Positions 34,991 to 47,717 of a DNA stretch of 64,000 nucleotides are shown here, one piece after another. Location of the stretch: assembly GCA_965644295.1 (NCBI GenBank), contig CBFFRP010000520.1, positions 5,114 to 69,113 of the forward strand. Reading direction: 5' to 3'. The stretch comes from Paraphysomonas bandaiensis (lineage: Eukaryota > Protista > Chrysophyceae). Position numbers and translations under genes: made by a program. The first letter of the stretch is position 1; every line of letters begins with the position of its first letter. Below the pieces are notes generated by a model. It was not told where the DNA came from and made no database searches. It saw only the letters and a program-made list of their open reading frames with translations.

Positions 34991-37095
34991 CTGCGCGTAG
35001 TGTTATACTATGTGTCATTCTGTATAAACGTGGCGTTAATGTTTCGCATGAAAAAGTGACAAGTTAAAACTCCACAGTACTTTTTTTACCTGCTTATTGT
35101 GTGCTAAGGGTAACGTCGCTATTAAAACACATCTATCCACTATTGGCTATGTGCTGAATGTAGAGGGAATTATGTCGACTCTGTAAGATTTACCTGGTTT
35201 ACTGTAGACTGAATACGACTGCGAATTGTGTATATCCTATTATCCTAGTACATCGAGTGCTATTTCGAAACCTTATTCATCACACTGTATAGAGATATGT
35301 ATCTAGCACACAGTATGTATTATTAGGTTTCATTGCCCCATTCCAAGGGCGTGCCCTAGTAAAGTGCTAGAGTTGATTAAGCTAAGTCTCAGCGTATTCT
35401 TTGTGTTTTGTGTGTACTGCCTACTGAGAGAGCTCTAGCTAGATCTACACTATACACAATACTTGCATAGCCTAGCTATATGAGGTTACAAGAAACTTTG
35501 CACATTCTAGGGGAGGAGGGGGGTCCGGCCAATGTCACGCTAGGCATATTATAATGAGTCATCTTTGTTAGGGAATGGGAAGTAAAAATGATCCTACTAG
35601 AATCTGCGCGAATTATATATAGAAGTCATGCATAGCTACGAAAAATCCCGCGTAATCTTAGCAAAGGTGAACAACAGAGTTTGCGCTTAATATATGCGGT
35701 CAGCTACGTTGATACACGGGTAGGCGGATGGCAGAATCAGCGCAAAATCTCGGTGTCATATGTGGTGTACCAGCGAGCCTACACTGTGGTCACGCCCTCG
35801 GAATGGGGAATTCATAATTCTACGTGAGCAGTTAAATACCTCCGCCGCTTAGTCGATAAGAGCCTCACTTCCACGGATGTTAGGCTTTGGCGTAGTCCAC
35901 CCTCTTCTCAGAATGTGCGGGGGTTCTCGTAATCATGTATGCAGGTATAGTGTAGGTCTAGTTAAAGCTTGCTTGGCGCCATACACATTGAATACGCTGA
36001 GATTATAATCAACATGTATTATATCAGATTAACCGCTCTTGGAATGGACTGCTATTATTATTTATATGAGAATATGACTACGTAGCCAGCGGCTGATACA
36101 ACGTCCAACGTCCTAACTCTAACCCAACGGAATATACAATAAGTATTTTATTGTAGTGTTATCGTATGAAGTGCATTTAGATCAGTTTTAATATAGCCGC
36201 ATATAATACACTTGTGTTAATGTACGAATACTATGACCTAAATATATTGCATGCAAAGTACAATTACTAAAATAGTGATGTACAACAGTACTTCTAAACG
36301 GTAGAAATCCCGGTATTCTCAAGTATAAAAACCATCGTTGTTCTTCATCTTATCAATGATTCTCTGTATGAAGTTTAGGCTTTCTTCATTCATATTTTTA
36401 TAGTATGCTTGTGTCTTATTATCATCTTCATAATAATATGATACAATCTAGAATCTAGACAGTGTGTATATTCAATATTCAACAGGTTAAATAAATATAT
36501 AATGGGTACGCAATAATAATATAACCATAATATTTGTGTATTAATAAAGACTTTCAAATTTATTCTTACATATAGGCCTGTATGTAAAGAGGTAAAATAT
36601 TTTTCATCATCCTCGTCCTGATATATATGTTGTTATGAAGTATGATCACAGAAATTTGTACTATTTATTTCTGTAAAGTCTAAACGGCATCACATGCCTT
36701 TTTGTATTTGTATACTGTATTAAATTAATGTATGTAAAGTTGTATTAATGCTGAGAATATTGAAAACGATAGATAATAGATAGTAGATAGGCAGTCAATA
36801 TTCAATATATAATAATAATGAATGCTACCGTCTTCTCCTTCAACTGAGAATTCTCTGCGTACATCACTAATATAACCGGAATAAAATTTCAAATCATGCA
36901 CAAAACAACAGAACGTGGGATTTAACTAAATTACAATAACCTATAGACTAAGCATATATGTTGTGAAGTGCTGAGATTAATAGATAAAACATTACATTTG
37001 GCTATGCTCACACAGCAGCCACAAAAAGGTGTCCTACAACATCATTCCTCCCAACAGTCAATAGTACTGTACTACACTACTGCTCCATGCAGAAT

Positions 37096-38167
37096 CTAAT
37101 CGTGTTCGAGCAAAGCGACTGCTACCATCATTCCGACTCCAATGGCAAATCCCGCGCCTTCTAAAGTCACCTACGAAAAAATACGAACGCAGACAGAATT
37201 AGAGTTGCAGTGAATTATATAGCACACCAAGCAATTGCTCTATGGTACCTGTAAAAGTGGGACAGATTGAGTAGCTAGTATAGAAGGAAGTAGAGAAACA
37301 GTAGCAACATATATGAAACCTCCCGAGGTGAAGGCAAGCATAGAATCACGCCATGCAGGCTCTCCATCAGACATCAGACCCACCACGGTTCCAATGAACG
37401 CAGCAACACTAGTCATAAACTGAATCTGTATGGCTTTACTTTTGGAGACACCACTTTGAAGTAAAATAGAGAAATCGCCTATTTCATGTGGAACCTCGTG
37501 AAAAAGTATACTAAGTGTTGCTGCCACGCCCAGAGCTCCCCCAGCGGAGGAGGATGCATATGAGGCGCCCATTGCAACCCCATCAGTAAAGTTATGCATC
37601 ATGTCAGCAGCTATGTTTAGCCATCCCATTGCTGGAAGGGAATGCGGGAGAAAAGACCACACACCAGTCTGGCTTTTAACCTTCCCAACCTTATCGCCAC
37701 GATTGTTGTGTTGCGGTTTACTGTGGAGGTTGAGGCTAAGCAACCTTTCACTGAGAAAGAACACCAAGAACCCCCCAAGTACAACGCTTCCTATGTAAAG
37801 TGCCCTCGTGTGTCCACTTTCTATCCCAGCACCAATCTAAAGTCAGGAAATAGAAGACATTACTATTAATGTTCTTACCGGTGCTTTCGTGCAGCTCTCT
37901 GTGGGAGGAGTCTAAGTCTCTGTGGGGCTCAGAGTGGTGATCATGATCGTGCGGAAACAAAAGATGAGGAAGAGTGTGAAGCAACACGTCACCCAGCAGC
38001 CCACCAGAAGCGAAGCACAGCAATACGTTTTGAATGTTAATGCCGGTTACACTCTTCTTGAGAAGTAAACTTGAAGGCATCAGATAAAGAAACACGTTTG
38101 GAAGAGATGATATCAGCAGCGTGGACAGAAGAGCTGCTCGCCATTTTAGATAATCTACTGCGACCAT
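37096..38167 (-). CDS. ZIP family zinc transporter, LIV-1/KE4 (SLC39A7/A13-like)
   Basis: FASGGLLGDVLLHTLPH, His-rich loop, WLNIAADMMHNFTDG, LFHEVPHEIGDFSIL, FTSGGFIYVA. Confidence 0.92.
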
Positions 38168-38635
38168 CTTGAACAAGTATATTACCCTCAGAGTGCATAT
38201 ATGACACTGTAACACACTGGGCGAGCAGCTGGATGAGTGCAGAGTATAGCTATATACTGCTGTACATAATAGAGCAGCTAATAATGCCATATTTGACCCA
38301 TGAAATCCTAAAAATCCCGATTTTTCCGATATTCCGCCGGACTGCACTGTGGAATAAAATCAGCTCAACTTTGTACCTCTAGAACTTTATACCGCACTCT
38401 GTATGTACCGGTGATGCATACAAAAATACAGCTCTGAATACTTGCTGTCGCCAACGATGGATGTGAATTTTTGGGTGTGAGGTGAGTGATGGTATGGTAC
38501 GTTGCTGTAGTCCTGTGCAGGTATGTATATATAGGTGTGCATTGTATCCAGCGCTGATTCAGAGTGCCTTTTAATCATTACTCACTCACGCTCTTCCTTC
38601 GTTAGTCCTTTACTCTTCCTTTATCCGCTGCAGTC

Positions 38636-41314
38636 ATGTCCAGATCTACAGCAGAGGCTATCCCCGAGAGCATGATCGACATGATCACCTATGAGTTGCT
38701 AGAGGACCCTGTGGTGGCAGAGGACAACCACGTCTACTCCAGAAACAGTTTATTGGATTGGTTTGACGGGTGCACAGAGGTAGGGGAGCCTATAACATCC
38801 CCTCTAACGGGTCGGCCTATGGGCACATCTATGAAACCAGAGCCCAACATAGCGCGACAGGTGGAGCAGTTCCGTGCTCGAGGGGGGCGATCACAGCGAT
38901 TCAATGAAAGCACTCAGACCATCGGGACACTAGCCAAGATATTTGAAATAATAGACCCACTTCGTGATCTCTTTGCCACTAAAAACTGGCAGGCTCCCGC
39001 CCTGGTTGTAATGGGTAACGAGAATTCTGGCAAAAGCACACTCCTTGAACGGCTTGCAATGATGCCGATCTTTCCAAAAGATAAATTTATTTGCACACGA
39101 ATGGCAATCAGAGTGCATTTGCGACGAGGACCATGTATGGCTCCCCGCTTGGACGTTTTTGATAAACAGACGGGTACTGTAATGTGGAGCAAAGTCGTGC
39201 CCATGGAGAGAGGACGGGATTTTGTGAAGGAGGCCATGGAGACAGTGCTAATACAGGTGAGAGTGTAATTTATTATTAAATCAGCTAAACATCGAAATAG
39301 GAGTTTGGAGGTCTCACTGGTGTGTCTAAGACAAAAATGTTAATCTTGCACATTACTGGTATTCAAATGACGTATGTATTGACATTCTGGTGACGAATTC
39401 ATCGTACAGGCCCCAACTGCCCTGACTTGGACATGGTGGACTTACCAGGTCTAGTATCTACACATGTCAGGTGCGATAAACGTCTGTCATGATAATCCTT
39501 TGATGAGTGTATGCGCATAGAGGTGAGCCAGAGAATATGAGAGCACTCACAGCGGACCTTGTTGAGTCGTATGTGCGGGAGAATAACGCACACTCTCTTT
39601 ACCTTGTGGCAGTTCCTGCCACTGCAGCCCCAAACCAGTCCCTGGCCTTTGAGGTTGTGCAGAAGATGGGACTCCATGACAGATCTATCGGCGTGTTTAC
39701 TAAGTCAGACAAGTGCGACCTTAGAAATGAAGGACTTGATGGTCTCGGAGGGCTCAAAGATCTTCGCAGTAAGGTGTACCAGCAGGCGAGAGATACCGTT
39801 CCCCTGGAGCAATGGGGATATGTATGCACAATGAATAGACCACAGGACGACTCCCAGAAGAGTAACTATAGCGCGCTGATCAATCAGAGCCAGGATGAGG
39901 TCCAGTTCTTCCAAGAGCGCAACATGGGTGACTTGCTGGGTCAGCAGATGGCGGGATGCAAGTAAGTGATTGAGTGTCTGATACATGTCAATTGACAGCC
40001 CCTATTGTGTAGGGCACTGTTGACTCGCATCAGTATCATGTTTCACGACTACCTACGCTCCACCTGGGCGCCTTCTACCATACTTCTTTTGAGAGAAGAG
40101 ACTCGGGACTACAGGTACCTCCAACAGTCGGAGAGTATATGCAATTCATGTACCTCGTATTATAGGGATAAGGAGCGTGCACTAGGAGTACCTCGCGCGG
40201 ACACTTTCCTTCCATCTGGACAGCGGGAGAAAGAAGATGGGCCAGACGCCAGAGTGACCCGGGAAGAGATTGCTCGCATTGCTCTAGATCGCGCGACGGT
40301 GATGCTGACTGAGGCATCTGCCCGCACAATGGACACCATAGCAGTGGAGATGTTGCAACGATTGCACACTCAGATTAATGACGAATCGTGTGAGGTAGCC
40401 GGGAAACCCTCTGAGGTCCTAGCTCATCAGCTGAACCTAAAACACAACATATCGCAGTACATCGCAGATGGCCTCGAAGAACTTGAGCACATGGTGGTGT
40501 CTCAAGTCGCAGGTGCCATGTCCAACGACGATTCGGATTTCAAGCTCGGACGCTTTCCGCACTTCATTGACGCCATGTCTCAGATTTTTATTAAGCAGCT
40601 CACGCCGTGGAAAGAAAAGACTGATGCAGCTCTTATGTCGTATGTGAACGTTGCGTTCCAGTCCCCGTTGTCAAATCCCCATTTCAAGCTGAAGTACACT
40701 TTCCGCACTGATAAGGAGAACGGCTTGCACCCGTACTGTGAGATGGACTTTGATGCAGAGGCACTTGCTGCCACTGTTATCCATACCATTGTGCTTCGAT
40801 GCTCAATTTTGTTGACAGAAACCATGGGTATGGAGGCTCAGGTCCAACAGCTGGTTCACAGCATAGATTGGACGGAGAGCTGTGCCCACGAACGAAGCAT
40901 ATATCTCAAAGGTCTCTATCATGTGGACAAAGTTGTCAACCAACTCAAGGCCCATCTAGAGTTATCAGAGGAAGACGTGGAAAGCTTTCATCGTACCGGT
41001 GCCATCCTGGTATGTAGTTATGTAACTGCCATATATATGTGTGTGCCTTACACCTTAATTCTCAACAGCCCCAGGATTCGCTTGAGGTAGTACGGAATGC
41101 CCTGTCGAATGCACACAGCACAATTCACGGAAGTGGCGGCCCCCCTATGGCACCTCCTCCATCCAGACCTGCTGGGGGGCGGGGCGGAATGTCGCACCAT
41201 CCGCAGGGACACCACAACGGCGGAAGAGGTCCCCCACCTGCACCTCGCAGCGGTGCAGGTAGACCATCTGCGCATGCAGGACATCATCAACAGCAACATC
41301 CGCAGTACAGGTAG
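38636..41314 (+). CDS. Dynamin-family GTPase with an N-terminal U-box and a Pro/Gly/His-rich tail, multi-exon
   Basis: U-box-like ITYELLEDPV..DNHVYSR..W...TSPLTG; G1 GNENSGKST, G2 CTR, G3 DLPG, G4 TKSD; helical stalk downstream. Confidence 0.87.
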
Positions 41315-41689
41315 TGCACGGCAGGTATTGCAAGGTCACAAAAGAGTTTAGCATCCTGCTTTTGAGTTGCTACCTTATCGTATAGTCGTTGAGAGAAACT
41401 GTGGTATTTATAATTGAATAATCCGTGCTAGGAACACTACATTTTAATCTACACTAAGTTTTCAGTGCCGCTGATGATACGGGCCTGCCAGCAAAAATGA
41501 GTAGTAATTATAATATTTTAAATACCAATAATAAATATGTTGCAGTACATTGCAATAATGATATTATATATTGGGCGCTAAGAAGAAAAATTAGCTCGTT
41601 CGGTAGTAACTAGTTTATAGTTAGTAGAGCTACAACAACAATGCAGCTACAAGAGTACTCTAATTTTTCCAACTCTTCGTCACTGTCGT

Positions 41690-42235
41690 CCATATTCTCG
41701 TCATGGTCAGACGGTCCATTATCGATGACCTGTTGCACTGCTTTTTGGTCTACAAGTACTTGTTGAAGCGAAGAAAGTGCAGCAGTTCGAGGCGTCGTGG
41801 GGTCATTCCTTGTCGCAAGTGTGTCATGATAATCTTGGCTCTGCTGATCAAACGCTACATAACGTTAGTTGTACTGAATAAATATTTGCTTGGTCGATCG
41901 ATACTGGATGTTTAGCTGTCATCGTAATATATCTTGCTGGCTCTTTGGCTTTCAAATGAAGCAGAAGCAGAGTTTCTTACATTTGCCAATTCAAGGGCCC
42001 TATCCAGTGATTAGCTTCTTCTGCATCTGTCTTTGCAACTGCTGCTCTCTCTTGACGAATAAGAGGTTCCTCGTAACCATTCTGAATCTTCACAATGGCC
42101 TTATCGAAGGTAGGGTTTCGAACAATATCAGCATCAACGGTGAGGTGGGAAGCCGTGACTGAGAATCTTTCAATAAACCGCACTCATGTCCAACTGTTGT
42201 TCACCTTCTTGTTGTAGCAGTATAGACACGCAGTT
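41690..42235 (-). pseudogene. Decayed hAT-like transposase (C-terminal and dimerization region)
   Basis: DADIVRNPTFDKAIVKIQNG.E and TTNVM*RLISRAKIIMTHLRQGMTPRRLELLHFLRFN, resembling the hAT ER.FS..R..L.P..LE.L.FL..N motif. Confidence 0.75.
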
Positions 42236-42837
42236 AGTTAAATTCCTTCAATTTTTCTTGCAGTTGCAATTTTTGTGAATGCATCACTCTCGAAGGGATC
42301 AAAATCAAAACTTCATATTATATATAATCTCAATGGAGTCAAAGTTGTAGCCAATCAAAGTAAGTTCATAAAGGATTTAATCACCCAGTGATTTTACAGT
42401 GAAGTTCATATCTGCTTCGTTCTCTCATCAAGTTCATCTTGAAAGCCACAACATAAAAATTGCATCTGACCATTGTCGGCCTCATCAGTTCAAGAAACGA
42501 AAATAGCAGAGTAATCTCCTGACCACATGATGACTCGACTTATCTCTACTATACACCAACCATTTCTAGTACGATCTTACATCGTCACTATCTTATACAG
42601 TCAATATATTTCAGTTTCAGTACTACAATAGCTAGCATCATATCATTGGCTTTCATAATACGGTTAGCTACTATTATTGTATTCAAATTCAAATATATTG
42701 GAAACTACAGCTTTTAATTGCTCACAAACAGCAAAACTCAACACAGCTCTGACTTCAAATTTTAGCTTCTACTCTTTTTCCATATACTTCAGAAGTGTGC
42801 CCTTCTGCAACTTGCTGTTACTCCTGGTCAGAGGTTT

Positions 42838-42905
42838 GTCAATACCCCGGATTCCCTTGAGGTGGGCCCATTCCCAGAGGCCTGTTTATTCATCAAGGCC
42901 CAAAG
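42838..42905 (+). repeat. Family R fragment
   Basis: Encodes IPRIPLRWAHSQRPVYSSRPKG. Confidence 0.75.
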
Positions 42906-43194
42906 GCATATGTGCGTATGTTCACCAGTCACTTCTATATCGAATAGTCATACATCACTTCGTTTGTAACTATATTAATCCATTACAACAACAACTACGA
43001 GTTGATATTACCTACTGCACATTATAGCTCACTTCACTTGCACAATATATATCGCATCATACTGCAGAACTCAACAGAAACATGTAGTAACGTTATTATT
43101 GTATAGTTCTACAACTTTCTACAAAACTATAACTACTGTTACCATTCTCCTAATAACTAAGGTACTACACCAGCATGACTCAAGCTGCCTCAAT

Positions 43195-45258
43195 CTATGA
43201 AGAGTCGGCAGTGTAGAAGTACGTGCTATTCAGGTATCTGAGCATTGTTAGCATGCTACTTGGGAGTGAACCTACTAGTGGCAGAGAGCCCAGCATCCGA
43301 CAGGCAACAGTCAAAGCAGGCAGCGTGGTTCGATCAAAAAGTGGACTTCGTAGCATATACATTAGAAGCATTAGTTTTCGTCTGCGCAGCTCTTCCTCCA
43401 TTGAGTGCGGGGGTATACACGGGGCATCTACATCTACTTCACCTTCATCGTTGCTCCTTATGCTCGTGCTCGTGACGGCATCCTGTCGGACCACTTCAAG
43501 GGCTTGAGATGTGCAAATTAAAGAGAGTAGGTCCATCATCTGATAACATATAATTAGAATATATGGGGCATAATACAATCAAACAATGTAAAGCATACCA
43601 GGGCCACGGCTAGGGCGATTAACTGATGCCCTTTGCGGCGGTGCACCGGCAAACCCAAGTCAGTCACTTTTTTAGATACATATAAACGAGAAGAGCGCAT
43701 GAGCAGCAGGGAATATACTGCTGGCCGTAAAACATAGAGCGCCTCTCCCAGCATTAGGAGTTGACCGGCATCTATATCCAACTCACAAACCACAAACACT
43801 ACAGGCAGTCCTCCATCATCCTCATCTCCATCCTCCACAGTCTTGGTGCGCTTCCTTCTCCTTCTCTTTCTCCCCCTCCCACCACACTTTTGACTTAATC
43901 TAAGTCTCCCTGCTTCCAACGACCGTTCTCCTCTGAAGAGTCCCTCCACATCCTCATCTAGACCGTCATTCTGGATACTTCCACCTATGGCTTTTCCAAC
44001 AGCAAAACCTCCCTCCGACGATCCGTCCAATGATTCGTCGTCCCTGCTGTAAATAGGAGACAATACCTGCTGATTCATCTCGCCCCCCCGTACTATTAAA
44101 GTCTCTTGCCTTTGGGAAAGCACTTCGTATGACGGTGAAGACCGTAGAAGTCGACATTCCTCAGGCATACAAACTCTACCTGCCGACTGGAACGAGCTAA
44201 GGGAAGATGGAGTTGTCCAGTTCCGAACAGGTAATCGAGAATTGTTTTGCATATCCCAGTTTACACTCTGGAAATCCCCCTTTTCATCATGATATCGCTG
44301 GAAATGGTCCACACTACCGCCCCCAGAAAGGGACACAGAGATGCTACTCAGGGTATTGTCAGACCCATCCGAAGTGACCACCTCCAGATCATGCTGGTGC
44401 AAGTCCTGCCAAGTTACTCGCTTCTTCGTAACTAATGATCGAGTTGTTTCCATATATGTCTGTGACGGGGCAGGGACTGGGCACTGGAGTGGAGAGGGAG
44501 CATGTGTGCTACAGGTGCTTGCAAGGGACTCGCAGGAAGAGGCCTGGGAGTGGATAGGAGTAAGTCCTACTGGCAGTGATGATCTCACCGCATTCTCGCA
44601 CCACTTCGAGTAGTCATGCAGGTTTTCATAAGGTCGTGGCAAGCCCTGTTTTGTCAACCAATTCACAAAAAGTACAGAGTGAAGATGCAAGTTTTCGACT
44701 CACCTTGCCCCACTCCATAAGCATGGCGGGCGAATCCATAGAAAAAAGACTCCATAGTCTGCTCACGCTCTTGCACAGCTCTATTATAAAAACCTAGATC
44801 GCATTAGATGCGCAAGTCTACAAGATCATAACAGGTCTTCGCTTACCACAGAATCTTTGATATCATCACCTCCGTACCCCTCGGCGAGTTTTTCAAGGAA
44901 GACCTCGAATTGGGTGAAGCAAAGTAGGCTAAAGTGATACAATGCGTGCTCCGTACTATGTACGGTTAAATTTAAGACTAACAGAGAGGGAGATTTACCT
45001 GAGTTCCTCCAAGCTGCGCGCCCCAAGATAAGACCCCACAAATGACAGCAACTTACACAGTGTGAATACGCTCTCCATCACAAGTTCCTTGTATGTGAAT
45101 GTGCTCTGCGTATAAGCGTTACTCGTACCCAGCATGAGAGACGGAGCTACCGGTATGAGATATGTGACAGCAGGGAGGCCCCACTGCACCGCTGCAACAC
45201 CCGTCGAACATCTGTCCATAGCACGCTTCAGACGCAACAGCAGGCCTCTATCTCCCAT
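43195..45258 (-). CDS. PEX16: Peroxisomal membrane protein PEX16-like with a large low-complexity insertion
   Basis: GEALYVLRPAVY, EEELRRRKLMLLMYMLRSPLFD, LPLVG...YFYT C-terminus. Confidence 0.8.
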
Positions 45259-45847
45259 CACAAGACTTCCAATAACTCCGATAGATTATCTCTAGAACTA
45301 CATCGCCTGCGCTGCGGGCTCTCTAATTATATACCATGTACGACTATGTGTGTATGATGTCTAGATGTGGTCATGTACAGCAGAGTGAGTTGTGTCTCTC
45401 TGCTCTCTCTGCTCTATCCTGCATACGTATATCTAGCCTACCATATACAGGCACAGTACACAGCACACACACACTTTCATCACCTCAACTCTTGCTTCTA
45501 CTTCAATGTCAACCCAACACATATACGCCAATATACGGATATACAGTGCTGTATGCGAGAAACGAGTGTATGTGCCGTAGGCTGGTGGAGGGAATACGGA
45601 ATACCGGAATACGTGTCGGGGTTACATGCAACAGAACATCGTGTGCAGCAGTATGCAGTCATGTATCTGTACGTATGTACAGTATGTAACAGTGCAGCAG
45701 CGTATCTTCACGGCATGTATGACGCGCACACGTGGTATACAAGACACAGCAGCATACGGCATACATACACTCTCTAGCTGTATCACTCATAACAGCAGAG
45801 TGCATATCGTAATATATCACTGCAATCTGACGATCAACCTGATTAAG

Positions 45848-47717
45848 ATGCTCGCCTCTATAGTGACCGGAATCCTCTACGCCTCTGCGGCTACAGGAGC
45901 AACAGCAGAGACCGCTAAGCGATGCACAGGAGACTGTCTGCGCGCTACTCAGAAATACGGTGCGGCTCATATGTCTCTGCGTGTCTGTGTCTGTCTCACC
46001 GCATACACAGGGAGCCCGCGCATGTACGGAGTGATGGAAGAGAAGAAGATCTGGTGGACGAAGGAGGCGGCTGAGGGGGTCATCGGCAGCACAGACTCGA
46101 CTGGTCCGGCCGCATGCGTCGACGGGGACGCTAATGGTGGACGGAGACTGATTTAGTCGATTTATAATTTTTATGAGTGATCAGGTTATCCATGTTCCGG
46201 AGTTGACTTACAGAGCATGGTCTCACTGGCTGACTTGGGCTGTGGTGGACAGGGTAATGACATCTGGTACGCCACATGTTGAATGTGTTGATGGAGAGGA
46301 TGATATATTTATGGGCAGGGGTTGGACGGATGGAGAAGGCAATGAGTATGTTGTGGCTGGGTGTGCAGATGGTAGCTCAATGGTGGATGTCACCGACCCA
46401 ACTCGCCCTGTTGTTCTCGGATTTCTCCCTACTGAAACTGTGGCTTCCAGCTGTAAGTACCTTCGCAGAAGACTGTGGTGTGATTATATATGTACTATTC
46501 TGCATTTTCCCAGGGCGCGATATGAAGGTTCATGAGGGTAGAGCATATATTGGGTCAGAAGCCGCTGGGCATGGCCTGCAGGTCTATGACATGCACCAGC
46601 TAACTGCTCTTTCGGCGCAGTACCGCGCCTCCTCCAGGTTCGATGAGGACCGCACGCGTAATGTCACGGAGCATGGTCACGTCAACCTCGGCAACACCTT
46701 GTCACCAACTACTGTGTATAAGGAGTTCGGTAATTCTCGGTTTCCTCCGATATTTGCTTTGTGGTAACATGTCGTGTTTAGGCTCATCCCACAATATCGT
46801 GATCAACGAAGAAACCGGCTTCCTCTATGCTGTGGGCTCCAAAACCTGTGCCGGTGGGCTGCATATGGTGGACTTGTCCTCTCCGGATGATCCTCAGTTC
46901 GTTGGTATGCCCGTGTATTGTACTAAATCATCAGTGGTGTTACCCTATTCTGCAACTACAGGGTGCTATTCTGACGACGGCTATACTCATGATGCGGAAT
47001 GCGTAGTATACACAGGCCCAGACTCTGAATACTCTGGCCATGAAATATGCTTCAACTACAATGAGGACACCCTTACAATCGTTGATGTCACCCACAAAGA
47101 CGCCCCTATGCTACTTTCCAGGTATGGCTACGAGGGAGCTCAATATACGCACCAGGGGTGGTTGAACCCGGAGCAGACCCATCTTATGATGGACGATGAG
47201 CTCGACGAGCAGAAAGAAAAAAGCCTGGATGTAAGTGCTATATCGCTCCCGATACATCATTCTGTTAAACTATTTAATGTAGGGTCACACCCGCACCATG
47301 ATCTGGGATGTCTCTAAACTCGATTCTCCTAGACTGATCGGAAATTTCTACTCCTCCGAACAGTCTATCGGTGATTACTCTATTTCACGTTGAACTCACT
47401 TAACCAACTATCCGTAGATCATAATCAGTATATTCACAAGGGCTGGTCGTGGCAGTCGAACTACTGTGCAGGACTTCGTGTTCTAGATGCTTCTGACCTT
47501 TCGAGCGGGAAGTCATCCGAGAAGGCTTTCTTTGATGTCTCCCCGGAATGCGACACAGCTGTATTTTCGGGAACCTGGTCTAACTACCCGTACTTCGCAT
47601 CGGGTAACATTGCTGTGCAGTCCATCGAGAAAGGGCTGTTCATGCTCAAGGTATGTCTGATGCGCCCATTGACCTACAGCCATTTTGTAATCACCACTGT
47701 TGCAGCCTACTTTTTAA
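45848..47717 (+). CDS. Secreted choice-of-anchor B family / LVIVD-repeat-like protein, multi-exon
   Basis: Signal peptide; YPCSGVDL, GNDIW|GWTD, SHNIVINEETG, YTHDAEC, YTHQGWL, DDELDE, DHNQY, SNYCAGLRVLD, GTWSNYPYFASG. Confidence 0.85.

Noticed and set aside
12767-38167. Metal-homeostasis cluster (His-rich protein plus two ZIP transporters)
   Set aside because: The genes are more than 10 kb apart, the ZIPs belong to different subfamilies, and unrelated genes lie between them.
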